DNA from: Nitrososphaeraceae archaeon
Lineage (GTDB): Archaea; Thermoproteota; Nitrososphaeria; Nitrososphaerales; Nitrososphaeraceae
Length of the DNA: 64,000 nt
Direction: 5' to 3'
NCBI GenBank assembly: GCA_035297365.1
Contig: DATGZA010000097.1
Location: 1 to 64,000 of the forward strand
Below, one piece after another: positions 1 to 13,368 of this stretch. Both the position numbers and the translations under genes were made by a program. The notes beneath the pieces are model-generated. The model searched no databases and was not told the DNA's origin. It saw only the letters and a program-made list of their open reading frames with translations. The first letter of the stretch is position 1, and every line of letters begins with the position of its first letter.

Positions 1-569
<569 letters not shown>

Positions 570-675
570 TAGTATGAGGTCGGACAACCTGTGTAAAGGG
601 TTTGTAACCAACTAAATGCAATTCCCAAGAACAATCTTAGGAATGAAGGATGTAGTAAACGCGAGTTTACAATGA

Positions 676-3852
<3,177 letters not shown>

Positions 3853-3883
3853 ATTTTTTTCTTTAATTTCTTAAATCGATTTG

Positions 3884-4837
3884 TTAATTCCAGAATTTAG
3901 AAAGCATCCTATAGATAGTCTGCGTTGCCAATGTTCCTTCTCTATAATCACCATTTTTCATTGCAACTTCTACAATATCAAATCCTATCAATTTTGAAGA
4001 CTGGTTTATCGAGTTAATTATTTCCAATATTTGGAATGGATTTAAACCAAATGGTTCCGGTGTTCCGGTACAAGGCACATAGCATATGTCATATACATCG
4101 ATATCAAATGAAATGTAGATCTTTTTACCTTGGGTAATTTTTTCGATTTGTCCTTGAATAGATTTCATTTCCTTATGAATTTGCCACGCATCAAAGGTTA
4201 TAACCCCGTTCCTTTTAGCTATATCATTTTCTTCTTTATCTGTTTGTCTTATTCCAATCTGAATTAAATTCGATCCTTTGATAAAACCGTCATTAATTAG
4301 ATGGTAAAATGGGGTAGTATGACAAAGTTTGATGCCTTCGTAACTTGGTTTCATGTCTCGGTGGGCGTCAAAATGTAATATGATAGGATCTTCATTTGCT
4401 ATGGATTTGATGCTAAAATAAGAAATGGTGTGTTCTCCACCTAATATAATGGGAATTTTATTCTCTTTTCTAATACATGAATTTATTTTGTGAATGTCTG
4501 AAGAAATCTTCTTAAATGCGTCTTCTATCTCTTTCTTTTTTGTTTTTCTATTAGGTAAAATTAAATCGCCTATATCAAAAATTTTTATTTTTTCATAAAT
4601 TTCTGTATTCTTGTCCAAAATGAATGATTCGATTTGTTTAGCAGATGTTCTTCGAATTGAATGTGGGCCAAATCTCGTTCCCTTCCCGAAACTGGTTGTT
4701 ATATCTAACGGAATTCCATATAATATTGCGTTTGCATCGCGAAATGAAATTCTGATTGGTGCATCCATAAAACTGTATTCTGCAGATGTCTTTTCAGGCG
4801 GGATAAATAAATTCTCCAGGGAGTTAAGCATATTCAA
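3884..4837 (-). CDS. speB: Agmatinase / ureohydrolase (arginase family)
   Basis: GGEHTIS, DAHRD and SFDIDVYD...GTPEPFG Mn-binding motifs. Confidence 0.9.
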   Translation of the reverse strand: MNMLNSLENLFIPPEKTSAEYSFMDAPIRISFRDANAILYGIPLDITTSFGKGTRFGPHSIRRTSAKQIESFILDKNTEIYEKIKIFDIGDLILPNRKTKKKEIEDAFKKISSDIHKINSCIRKENKIPIILGGEHTISYFSIKSIANEDPIILHFDAHRDMKPSYEGIKLCHTTPFYHLINDGFIKGSNLIQIGIRQTDKEENDIAKRNGVITFDAWQIHKEMKSIQGQIEKITQGKKIYISFDIDVYDICYVPCTGTPEPFGLNPFQILEIINSINQSSKLIGFDIVEVAMKNGDYREGTLATQTIYRMLSKFWN

Positions 4838-4864
4838 TTGATATGAGATGGAATTATTTTTTTC

Positions 4865-7663
4865 TTACCAAAAGAGTTCATCCAAATTTGCTTGTCTGTC
4901 TTTACCTAATATGGATTTAAAATTGAATTTTAAAGAAGCTAATATTTGATCGAACGTTGATTCCATAGCTTGAAGATATTTTTCGACATCAATTTCGTTA
5001 AAATTGTTAACCAATTCTACAGGTTTGACACCATCACTAGTTTTCGTTTTGACATATGAAATTATATCTCCGGCTCTTACCTCTTTACCTGACTGATGTA
5101 ATAACATTGCTGCTTTGATGTGTTGAGGTAATCCTTTATATGTGATATAGTCTATATTTTTGCCATCAATTGACCTAACTTTAGAATTATTCGTTTTTTC
5201 CCCATATCTATCAGGGGATTTATTTACCATTACATTAAAACTTAAATCTCGAGGATTTATATTTCCAGTTTCAAGATTAGTTGCGTACTCTTTAATTATT
5301 TTTTTAATCTTTTCCTTGGCATTTTCAAACTCATTTTCGGAACCTACCTCTCTCAAAATATCTAATATTTTGTAGAATGCTTTGCGTATAAACGGAGGTG
5401 TATGCGATTTTTTTCCAGTTAGACCCTTAACATCAACTGTACCATCCTGTAATACTCCAAGATAGTTCTTCTTCAAGTCACTAAAAACTACATATCTATA
5501 CGTTTTATCAATTTCTAGATCTACTCCTAGATTTGTTTTAGCCCATGTTGAGATTTTTTCTACATTTATTGATGAAGGATTTTTTAAAAATAATGAATCT
5601 GTATCCCCATATATGACTTCTATTCCTATATTCTTGCACTTTTCAATTGTTTTTGTTGTCGTATCTCTGCCAATTGCAGCGGTTGCATCAGCTACTGGCA
5701 AACAATATAATGGAAATATTTCTGCGCCCATTACTCCGTAACTCGCATTGAGGATGACCTTGACAGCTTGACTTATAACTTCATACGTTTGACGTTCTTG
5801 TGTTTCTATCGATTTATTCTTTGAAAGAAGTTTGTAATAATTAACCCTTAGATCTCTAAGTGATCCAATCAGAAGCGACGTGAGTCCTCTCTTTCTTTTA
5901 CAAATCCAATGGCTCGTTTCTGGAATCTGTTGTTTTGGATCATTTTTGCACGATTGGTGTGAACAATTTACAGTTTCGTATGATAAATTATGAACTTTAA
6001 TTATACTAGGATACAATGAAGCAAAATCTACAACAACTACATTAAAGTGAATTCCTAATTTGGGTTCGACCACCAGACCTCCCCTATATTTTTTTTCTTT
6101 TATTATGGCAGTAGTTGAAGAAGAGCCTTTCGATATTAATTCGTCTCGTCTTGGTATCAATGCATTTTTTTGTCTGTGTTCATAATATAACATCCCTCTT
6201 ATCCATTGATTTACACCAAATCTAGAAACGTCATCTACCGGAAGATGTGCTATCCTTGAAATAATTATAAGTAATTTTATTAGAAGATTATCATTAAAAG
6301 TAGTCAATCTTAAAGTTAGATCTGCATCTTTCAAACAATATTCAGCTAACTTATCTACAGGCAAGCGGGTTATATCCACATCAAATTCTAATTTATGGTC
6401 ATTTAATAATGCCTCCGATATCGCATTTAGAGTAAATTCGGAGTATTTGTGATTAAATGCATAAATTTGAATAGATCGATTTTGAAAAGTTCGAAATAAA
6501 TCCAGATGTATTCCGTGTTTAATTTGTACTGGTTCTGCTTGCATTCCCCTTTTTATGAAAGTTTCCTTTTTTATTATTATTGGAATTTCATTTTTCTCTA
6601 TTCCTTTTTTTTTATCTCGATCTATTCGCGAATCTTGTGATCTTGTGTATAAATATGGTAGATCAAAATCATCTCCATTAAAAGTAAGAATTATGGGATA
6701 TGATTTAAGAACTTTGAAAGCTGCAGAAATCAAATCCTTCTCATTTTCAAAAATCTCAGCTTCTGGGATCATTTTTTTCTTGTCATTTTTAGATCCATTT
6801 TGGTATTCATAATTAAGAACATATACTTTTTTAAATCCGTCATTTCCAACCATTCCAATAGCAATAATTTTTTTATCATGATCCCTTGGATTTGGAATCC
6901 TTCCCTCTTCAGCTTCTACCTCTATATCGATTGCAATTCTTTTTAATTCAGGAATTGGCTGATTTAAGAGGTTTATCCATTGCGAAATATATTTGTTATA
7001 TTCATCTGTGTTGTTTTCTTTTAAGTCGCCAGCTTTGTCCCCTAATAATCCATACAATTTTCCTTCTGTTTGTTTAGTCAACTCATATTTATATTCACAA
7101 ATTTGGTTGCCTACTCTGTAATAATATGTACCGGGGATAAGAGAATTATCATATAAATAGTTCTCATGATACTTAATATCTGCTTCCCATGACGTTATTT
7201 TTTCTCTCACACTTTCATCAGTACCCCCTATTGATAATGGGTCTGGTGCAAGAATTTTTACTACATCTATTTCTTTATCTGTTATTAAATCATTTTTTTT
7301 TTCATATCTTAATTCGTATTTCGGTTCCTTTTTTGCAATTTCTTTTGCCTTTTCTGTGAACTGAAACTTGGTGTAACAATAGGGCCTATGGTTAGTTTGA
7401 TCCTTCCAGAAATATATTACCTCTAACTCAGGATCATAAAATTTTAATAAAACTTTGTGTTCTTCACCAGAATAAATTGAAGATAGTAATATTACTTTTT
7501 TATTTTCAGGTAAATCCAACGTATTATCAGACTTTTTTTTTCCCAATATCTTAGAATATTCTGGATTCAATATTTTATTCAATAAAATATAATTATCAAA
7601 TTTTAATCTTTTCCGTATTCTTTTTTTGGTTAAGAAATGAATATAAATGTTTAAAAATAACAC
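4865..7663 (-). CDS. polB: Family B DNA polymerase (PolB1 type); true start probably an internal TTG near 7546-7570
   Basis: Exo I DIEV, Exo II FNGDDFDLPYL, DFASLYPSII, KVILNASYG, YGDTDS; no intein. Confidence 0.96.
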   Translation of the reverse strand: MLFLNIYIHFLTKKRIRKRLKFDNYILLNKILNPEYSKILGKKKSDNTLDLPENKKVILLSSIYSGEEHKVLLKFYDPELEVIYFWKDQTNHRPYCYTKFQFTEKAKEIAKKEPKYELRYEKKNDLITDKEIDVVKILAPDPLSIGGTDESVREKITSWEADIKYHENYLYDNSLIPGTYYYRVGNQICEYKYELTKQTEGKLYGLLGDKAGDLKENNTDEYNKYISQWINLLNQPIPELKRIAIDIEVEAEEGRIPNPRDHDKKIIAIGMVGNDGFKKVYVLNYEYQNGSKNDKKKMIPEAEIFENEKDLISAAFKVLKSYPIILTFNGDDFDLPYLYTRSQDSRIDRDKKKGIEKNEIPIIIKKETFIKRGMQAEPVQIKHGIHLDLFRTFQNRSIQIYAFNHKYSEFTLNAISEALLNDHKLEFDVDITRLPVDKLAEYCLKDADLTLRLTTFNDNLLIKLLIIISRIAHLPVDDVSRFGVNQWIRGMLYYEHRQKNALIPRRDELISKGSSSTTAIIKEKKYRGGLVVEPKLGIHFNVVVVDFASLYPSIIKVHNLSYETVNCSHQSCKNDPKQQIPETSHWICKRKRGLTSLLIGSLRDLRVNYYKLLSKNKSIETQERQTYEVISQAVKVILNASYGVMGAEIFPLYCLPVADATAAIGRDTTTKTIEKCKNIGIEVIYGDTDSLFLKNPSSINVEKISTWAKTNLGVDLEIDKTYRYVVFSDLKKNYLGVLQDGTVDVKGLTGKKSHTPPFIRKAFYKILDILREVGSENEFENAKEKIKKIIKEYATNLETGNINPRDLSFNVMVNKSPDRYGEKTNNSKVRSIDGKNIDYITYKGLPQHIKAAMLLHQSGKEVRAGDIISYVKTKTSDGVKPVELVNNFNEIDVEKYLQAMESTFDQILASLKFNFKSILGKDRQANLDELFW

Positions 7664-7904
7664 TCATACAAGAAACTTCATATTTGTATTTTTCATCCAT
7701 TAATAATAAGCACTAAAATTATGATTTATGTATAGGATAAATGCAATATATTTTTAAATTAAACAAAGTATCCAACATGTATTGTTAATATTGTTATTAT
7801 ATTTATTTTATTTATCCAATTAAAGGGATTTACTAATTATCCTTTGATTAAATTCTGTGCTTTCAATTTAACCCAAGAAATTCATAACATACACTCATTT
7901 GAAA

Positions 7905-8723
7905 TCACTTCTTTCTAGAAGTTATTCTTACAATAAATACTCCTGAAATATATAATAATATCATTGGGCCTGAAATAAACCACATAGTAACCCCACTACC
8001 ATCAGGTGTGATTATAGCACCAAAAATAACTAAAATTATTACTGAATACCTGAAATTTCTTTTCCAAAAATCATATTCTATTATTCCAGTTAATGAAATA
8101 ATATACATAATTATAGGAAGTTCAAAAGTTACACCAAATCCAAGAAGAAATTGAAGCACAAATGAAATAAAGTCATTTATGTTGAGAAAAGTTTCTACAC
8201 CAATAGATTCTCCGTATTTATACAAAAAATCAAGTGTGAACGGAATTACAACTAAAAATGAAAAAGCGATTCCTGAAATAAATAAACCAATAGTGGGAAT
8301 CAATATTTTTAATAACTTTATTTTCTTTTTTTCCTTCTCTTCAATTGCAGGACTTAAGAATTCATAAGCCTCCTTTATTATTAGTGGAACCGAAAATATT
8401 ATTCCTATTAATGCCGCGACATAAATTTGGGCTACAAATGCTTGTCCAGGTGCTGTTTGAATAAGGTCTACTTCAGCTGGAAGCAACATATCTTTCATAA
8501 ATGTAGTAATTTGTATGGCTAAGTTGTTAAACGGGTCAGGGTAAATGAATGGAAATTTAATAATATTGTCGAATCCGTTTTGGGAATTATTCAAATTAAC
8601 TGAATAATATTGTATTCCAAAAGTTACACAAAAAATGATAACTATAATGATAGAAAAAGAAACTCTTAATATTCTAGACCTCATTTCATAAAAATGTTCT
8701 TTAACAGACATTCCTGAAGACAA
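7905..8723 (-). CDS. tatC: Twin-arginine translocase subunit TatC
   Basis: MSVKEHFYEMRSR N-terminus, six hydrophobic segments, FELP and GAIITPDG motifs. Confidence 0.93.
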   Translation of the reverse strand: MSSGMSVKEHFYEMRSRILRVSFSIIIVIIFCVTFGIQYYSVNLNNSQNGFDNIIKFPFIYPDPFNNLAIQITTFMKDMLLPAEVDLIQTAPGQAFVAQIYVAALIGIIFSVPLIIKEAYEFLSPAIEEKEKKKIKLLKILIPTIGLFISGIAFSFLVVIPFTLDFLYKYGESIGVETFLNINDFISFVLQFLLGFGVTFELPIIMYIISLTGIIEYDFWKRNFRYSVIILVIFGAIITPDGSGVTMWFISGPMILLYISGVFIVRITSRKK

Positions 8724-9193
8724 TTCTATTGCTGTTTGTATTTTATAATCATGATATATAATTGGTAGTCTTTAGCATCAGGAAATATTATACATATCGT
8801 GTTATATTTATTTGCCTTCAAGCAGGACATTTGACTATGTTATAAATTACCTAAATCACCAAATCTAGATAACTTTTGTTTTTCTTTATTTTTTATTTTT
8901 AAACTTGCAAGGAACAAACTTTTCACATTTTCTAGTTGTGCTGGCACATCAGCTTCGGGTCTTGCTTTAACCCCATGCATGTTAGTATGAGCTACGTTAA
9001 TCTTAGAGATCATCTTATTCGCAATTTGAAAAGGTATAAAATAAATAATCGCATAGAGGAAGACCTAATTTTTTAATTATTTAATTCTATAATATGGGTC
9101 ACCTCGTGATAGAACAATTTTTTCAATGCAAATTGGCAAATCTTTTTCCACTTGAAAATTATTTAATTTAATTATCAAATTTGAGAATTAGTT

Positions 9194-9559
9194 ATGACTA
9201 GAGTCAATAAATATGCATTTTCTAAAACATTTGATATAATGGCCATCCATGAATTCTTACTTCCAGATGAAAATATTAAATTTCAAAGCAAAACAGAGGT
9301 CAAGTATGCAGAAAAAAAATATAATTTCTTAATTACAGATATGAGAATAATTCTGTATGCAAAAAGGGGACGCTTTTTAAAATCAGATGATATTATAAGC
9401 GAACGTCTGGATAAATTACATGAAATAAAATATTGTGAAAAAGGCTTAATATTTAGAACTGCCAAGATAACTATTCAATCCAATATAAATATGGATATTT
9501 TTGGTTCCTGTTCTGAACTAAAACAACTATTCAACAACTTACAAGTTATTGTATTTTAA
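9194..9559 (+). CDS. Bacterial-type PH-domain protein
   Basis: LLPDE...LITDMRIILY...KGLIF pattern typical of bPH domains. Confidence 0.65.
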   Translation: MTRVNKYAFSKTFDIMAIHEFLLPDENIKFQSKTEVKYAEKKYNFLITDMRIILYAKRGRFLKSDDIISERLDKLHEIKYCEKGLIFRTAKITIQSNINMDIFGSCSELKQLFNNLQVIVF

Positions 9560-9898
9560 CTGAATTTCAATATAATTTCATATTGCCACTAAGCGATGTT
9601 GGTTTGAAAAGGTTGTTATCCATTGATCCGTTTTGTAAAACTCAATATTAATAATTATATATTAATTTACGATTAATATTATTTTAACAGGTAAGGAATT
9701 TGAATGAATATCGTTAAATATATATCCAAAAATCACGTTATGTTTAATGTATTTACTTAGCTACTAAAATTCTCCAGTCATTTTTCCAGGCCAAACAAAA
9801 TAATACCAGGATCGATCCTTAATTGATTATTCGTTTTGTATACTTAAAAGGAATAACTTGAAACAATAAATAAATATACTCTTAAATTCACCATTTTT

Positions 9899-10360
9899 AT
9901 GTTGCAACGTTTAAAATACTGTTTCCTGCTCTTTATCGTCATATCCATAACAAGTTATTCCGTTGTGATAAATTACGAAAAAGTTTATTCGATTTCGGAA
10001 ATATATTCAACCATGATATCTGAAACTAATGGAAAATCTCTGGATATTAAAATTTCACCATCAGTTAGTCCAATCAAATCACAAGGTGAAATAAAATTTA
10101 AGATAACCTTTCTTCAACCAAATAGCGATAAAGTACAGGTTCACGTAGATTATGATTTCACCGTAATCCATGACGGTGACGAAATATTCTCTGCATCCAA
10201 GCAAACAGGCCAACCTCTCTTACATACAGCTGAGGGAACGGTTACTATACCGTATTCATTTCTGTCTTCTGGTTTGTACATGGTGAAAATTTCAGTGTTG
10301 GGCATCAACTTTGTTCCAATAAATCCTGAATCGGCAGACTTTACTTTTCAAGTTAATTAA
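9899..10360 (+). CDS. Secreted/surface beta-sandwich protein (hypothetical)
   Basis: N-terminal signal/TM segment; beta-rich body with HVDYDF and LHTAEG motifs. Confidence 0.7.
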   Translation: MLQRLKYCFLLFIVISITSYSVVINYEKVYSISEIYSTMISETNGKSLDIKISPSVSPIKSQGEIKFKITFLQPNSDKVQVHVDYDFTVIHDGDEIFSASKQTGQPLLHTAEGTVTIPYSFLSSGLYMVKISVLGINFVPINPESADFTFQVN

Positions 10361-10712
10361 TTGAAAAATTTTATCATAATAATTCATATTTTTTATTGAT
10401 TTAATTTGTTCAAAATGTCTTCACACAACAATAAGTTAAAATCTGGAATTTGCTTAGACCTTTTTGTAGAGAATTAGATGAACTAATAATATGGAAGCCA
10501 ACTTTTTATCTGCAAGTTATAACTAATAGACCGGTCATATAAAATATTATTAGAATCGAGTAAATTTCGTTTTTCTTCAAGAGGATTGCTTATTAGTATT
10601 GGAGACATTCAGTATATTGATAAACATAATCGAGTTGGATTTGGTATTGATAAAATCCCTCTATAATAATCAAATTGAGCTAGAAAAATCGGAATCATAA
10701 GATACTCAATTT

Positions 10713-11069
10713 CTATTCATTTTTTGTAGTTGTTATCTCCTGGAATTTTTGTAGATGCGTTACCAGGTCTTTTAATACTTCTATTTTTCGTTTAGGATTG
10801 TTTGCAAAATTAATTACCTCTTTAATAAATTCACCAATATCAATTACCTCTTCTCCAAGGACTTCAACACCCTTTACAGTTATTAAATATGATTTTAGTG
10901 GAACTCCATATTGAATCCCAGACAAAAAATATGTTTCATTTTCCCTTAAACGGGTACTGTATTTCTTGTATTCTGTTATTATTTTTTCGGCCTGAATTTG
11001 TATTTCTTTTTCAATTTCGTCTATTTTTAAATTTAAACTATTAATAGAATCAAAAAGATCCGAGATCAC
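10713..11069 (-). CDS. Hypothetical coiled-coil protein
   Basis: 118-aa ORF with protein-like composition and heptad-like N-terminus. Confidence 0.6.
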   Translation of the reverse strand: MISDLFDSINSLNLKIDEIEKEIQIQAEKIITEYKKYSTRLRENETYFLSGIQYGVPLKSYLITVKGVEVLGEEVIDIGEFIKEVINFANNPKRKIEVLKDLVTHLQKFQEITTTKNE

Positions 11070-11213
11070 AATCTTAGTTAGATAATTATATTTTTAAGTA
11101 TTTGGAATTTATGAAGTTGTCATTCTTACCGGTTCTTATGACATGAAAGTCTTTATTGGCTATTATACTTGTTCCATTTGTATTTAGACTATGTTCAAAA
11201 TTAATATACTTGA

Positions 11214-11277
11214 TAGGAGTAAGGTTCTGACTGAACCCTTCTGACAGGCTAGAAGGTGTAAGAATGGTTGCCTCCTG
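11214..11277 (+). ncRNA. Candidate structured RNA (four-way junction)
   Basis: GC-enriched island; stems AGGAG/CTCCT, GGTTC/GAACC, CTTCT/AGAAG and GTAA/TTGC. Confidence 0.35.
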
Positions 11278-11525
11278 CAAGCCGAAAAGATAAACATGAA
11301 TCAAAAAGAAGGAGAGTAACATGTCTGTTTGGAATTGAATACAAACGTTTTGAGTCTTATTTCATCTAAATGTGTGTGTGAGAAGGAGAAAGACAATGAG
11401 AACATTGAAATTTATTCATTTACCTAGCTGGATACAATTCGTTGTTTCAGGGTATAATTACACAATGAAATAATAATAATTTTGAGTAAAGAGCTGAATA
11501 TTATCTTACGAGCATTTTAGGCGAA

Positions 11526-12017
11526 TTACTTGGTTTCTTGTTCTTGATCCTCAATTTTTTTGAGTTCTGTCTTAAGAAATTCCTTATATTTTTCTCGTTC
11601 TTGTTCTGTCATCTTGTCGAGATTTGCACTTAAAGTTGATCCTACAGACGATACTCTATCTATCAAATCCATAGCCATAAACTTCCCAATATTCCCTAAT
11701 CTAAACATTACATCCAATTGTTTTTGTAGAGTTTTTTGAACCGATTGAATATCGTCTGCAATACCCAGGCCTTTATGGGTTATTTTATATTTTCCATTTT
11801 CTATCTCAGTAATTAAACCTTCTTCTAGCAATCTACCTAGCATGGGATAAATTAAACCAGGAGAAGGCTTCCATTTGCCTTCACTTTGATATATTGCATA
11901 ATCAATGATTTCTTTCCCAGTCATTGGTTTTTCTTTTAATAAGTTTAAAATGTAGTGCCTTGAAAATCCTCTAGGAATCACACTATTTACTCTAGAAAAC
12001 CAGTGAGATATCATCAA
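11526..12017 (-). CDS. PadR-family transcriptional regulator
   Basis: ILNLLKEKPMTGKEI...WKPSPGLIYPMLGRLLEEGLI...YKITHKG. Confidence 0.92.
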   Translation of the reverse strand: MMISHWFSRVNSVIPRGFSRHYILNLLKEKPMTGKEIIDYAIYQSEGKWKPSPGLIYPMLGRLLEEGLITEIENGKYKITHKGLGIADDIQSVQKTLQKQLDVMFRLGNIGKFMAMDLIDRVSSVGSTLSANLDKMTEQEREKYKEFLKTELKKIEDQEQETK

Positions 12018-12154
12018 AGTTGGTATATCGCTAGCGATTTATTAAGATATCTTTGTTACTAAAAACACTATACTTTTTTTATTGACATGCAAATTATTAT
12101 GATTTGAATTCTTTTCTTTAAAAACATATATCTAGTTTTTATTCTAAATGTTTG

Positions 12155-12316
12155 ATGACAATGAAATGTCCTATCTGTGGGTCGCTTATGATTTGGTTAA
12201 ATGGATCTATCAGTCATGATCCTCCAATAAAGTATTATACTTGTAGAGGTTGTAAAATTGGAGTTTCAAGATATTCGGAAACTAGCTACGATGTGTACGA
12301 AACAGAAAAAAATTGA
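12155..12316 (+). CDS. CPxCG zinc-ribbon microprotein (53 aa)
   Basis: Manual translation MTMKCPICGSLMIWLNGSISHDPPIKYYTCRGCKIGVSRYSETSYDVYETEKN; two CxxC knuckles. Confidence 0.75.
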   Translation: MTMKCPICGSLMIWLNGSISHDPPIKYYTCRGCKIGVSRYSETSYDVYETEKN

Positions 12317-12412
12317 TTACCTTAAAATAAATATCTAAATTAAATCCAAATTTTTTCGATTTTTATAATAAATAATCTAAAATTAATAAGCTTGTTTGCT
12401 CAGTAAAAATCT

Positions 12413-13282
12413 ATGAAAAAATTTAAAGTAATTTCTCTAAAAGAACGCCTTGAAAAAAAAGACGAAATCATTGTTCTTCCAGGAGTCTATGATGCATTAA
12501 GTGCAAGGATAGCTCAAAATGTGGGATTTAATGCTGCTTTTCAAACCGGTTATGGTACATCAGCAACACTACTTGGGATGCCAGATTTTGGGTTTCTGAA
12601 TGCAGGAGAAACAATAGATAATGCTAGGAGAATTATTAATTCTGTAGATATTCCAATTCTGGTTGACATAGATACCGGTTACGGGAATCCTCTAAATGTA
12701 TGGAGAACGGTAACCGACCTTGAGAAATTGGGTGCAGGTGGTATTTTTCTTGAAGATCAAGTTTGGCCTAAAAGATGTGGTCATATGAAGGGTAAATCGG
12801 TTATATCAAAGGAGGATTACGTTCAAAAGTTGAAAGCAGCAATAGATGCACGGAAAAGCAAAGATTTCATCATTGTTGCAAGAACAGATTCTTTGGCTCA
12901 ATACGGCATAGATGAAGCTATAAAAAGAGGAAAGCAATTTCAAAAAATAGGCGCAGATGTCATATTTATTGAAGCTCCAAAAACCCTAGAAGAAATGAAA
13001 AAAATTACTGGTGAAATTGATGCACCTCTTTTAGCCAATATGATTGAAGAAGGTGTAACACCGAATCTTCCTGCAAAGGATTTGGAAAAACTTGGCTTCA
13101 GAATGGTAGTTTTTCCACTATCTGCATTATATTCGTCTACATATGCAATTAAGAATGTGTTTCTTTCTCTCCACAATACAGGGATGACAAAAAACTTAAA
13201 AAAGAAAATGATTACCTTTAAAGAATTTAATGATTTTGTAAATCTTCCTAAATATAATCAGTTAGAAAAAAAATATTCGTAA
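12413..13282 (+). CDS. prpB: Isocitrate lyase/PEP mutase family protein (2-methylisocitrate lyase-like)
   Basis: PGVYDALSA, DIDTGYG, EDQVWPKRCGH, IVARTD. Confidence 0.85.
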   Translation: MKKFKVISLKERLEKKDEIIVLPGVYDALSARIAQNVGFNAAFQTGYGTSATLLGMPDFGFLNAGETIDNARRIINSVDIPILVDIDTGYGNPLNVWRTVTDLEKLGAGGIFLEDQVWPKRCGHMKGKSVISKEDYVQKLKAAIDARKSKDFIIVARTDSLAQYGIDEAIKRGKQFQKIGADVIFIEAPKTLEEMKKITGEIDAPLLANMIEEGVTPNLPAKDLEKLGFRMVVFPLSALYSSTYAIKNVFLSLHNTGMTKNLKKKMITFKEFNDFVNLPKYNQLEKKYS

Positions 13283-13368
13283 TAATTTTTGATTTTTACA
13301 ATACTATTTCAAAGTTATATAAATTAATAATTATATAATACCTAATATTGTTACCAATGTAGTATAGT

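Noticed and set aside
4865-7663. Possible intein in PolB
   Set aside because: Length and motif spacing are normal; no intein termini or LAGLIDADG blocks.
8840-9013. Short minus-strand ORF and Cys-rich fragment upstream of tatC
   Set aside because: Not TatA-like; the Cys-containing frame is broken by several stops; no recognisable family.
11214-11280. Canonical tRNA or hammerhead ribozyme call
   Set aside because: Lacks tRNA invariant nucleotides and the CUGANGA/GAAA core in the right geometry.
11086-11322. 78-aa minus-strand ORF over the structured element
   Set aside because: No recognisable motif; probably a by-product of the locally higher GC.
11327-11411. ATTGAA(A/T) motifs resembling CRISPR repeat ends
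   Set aside because: Only two short dissimilar matches, no regular repeat-spacer period and no cas genes.
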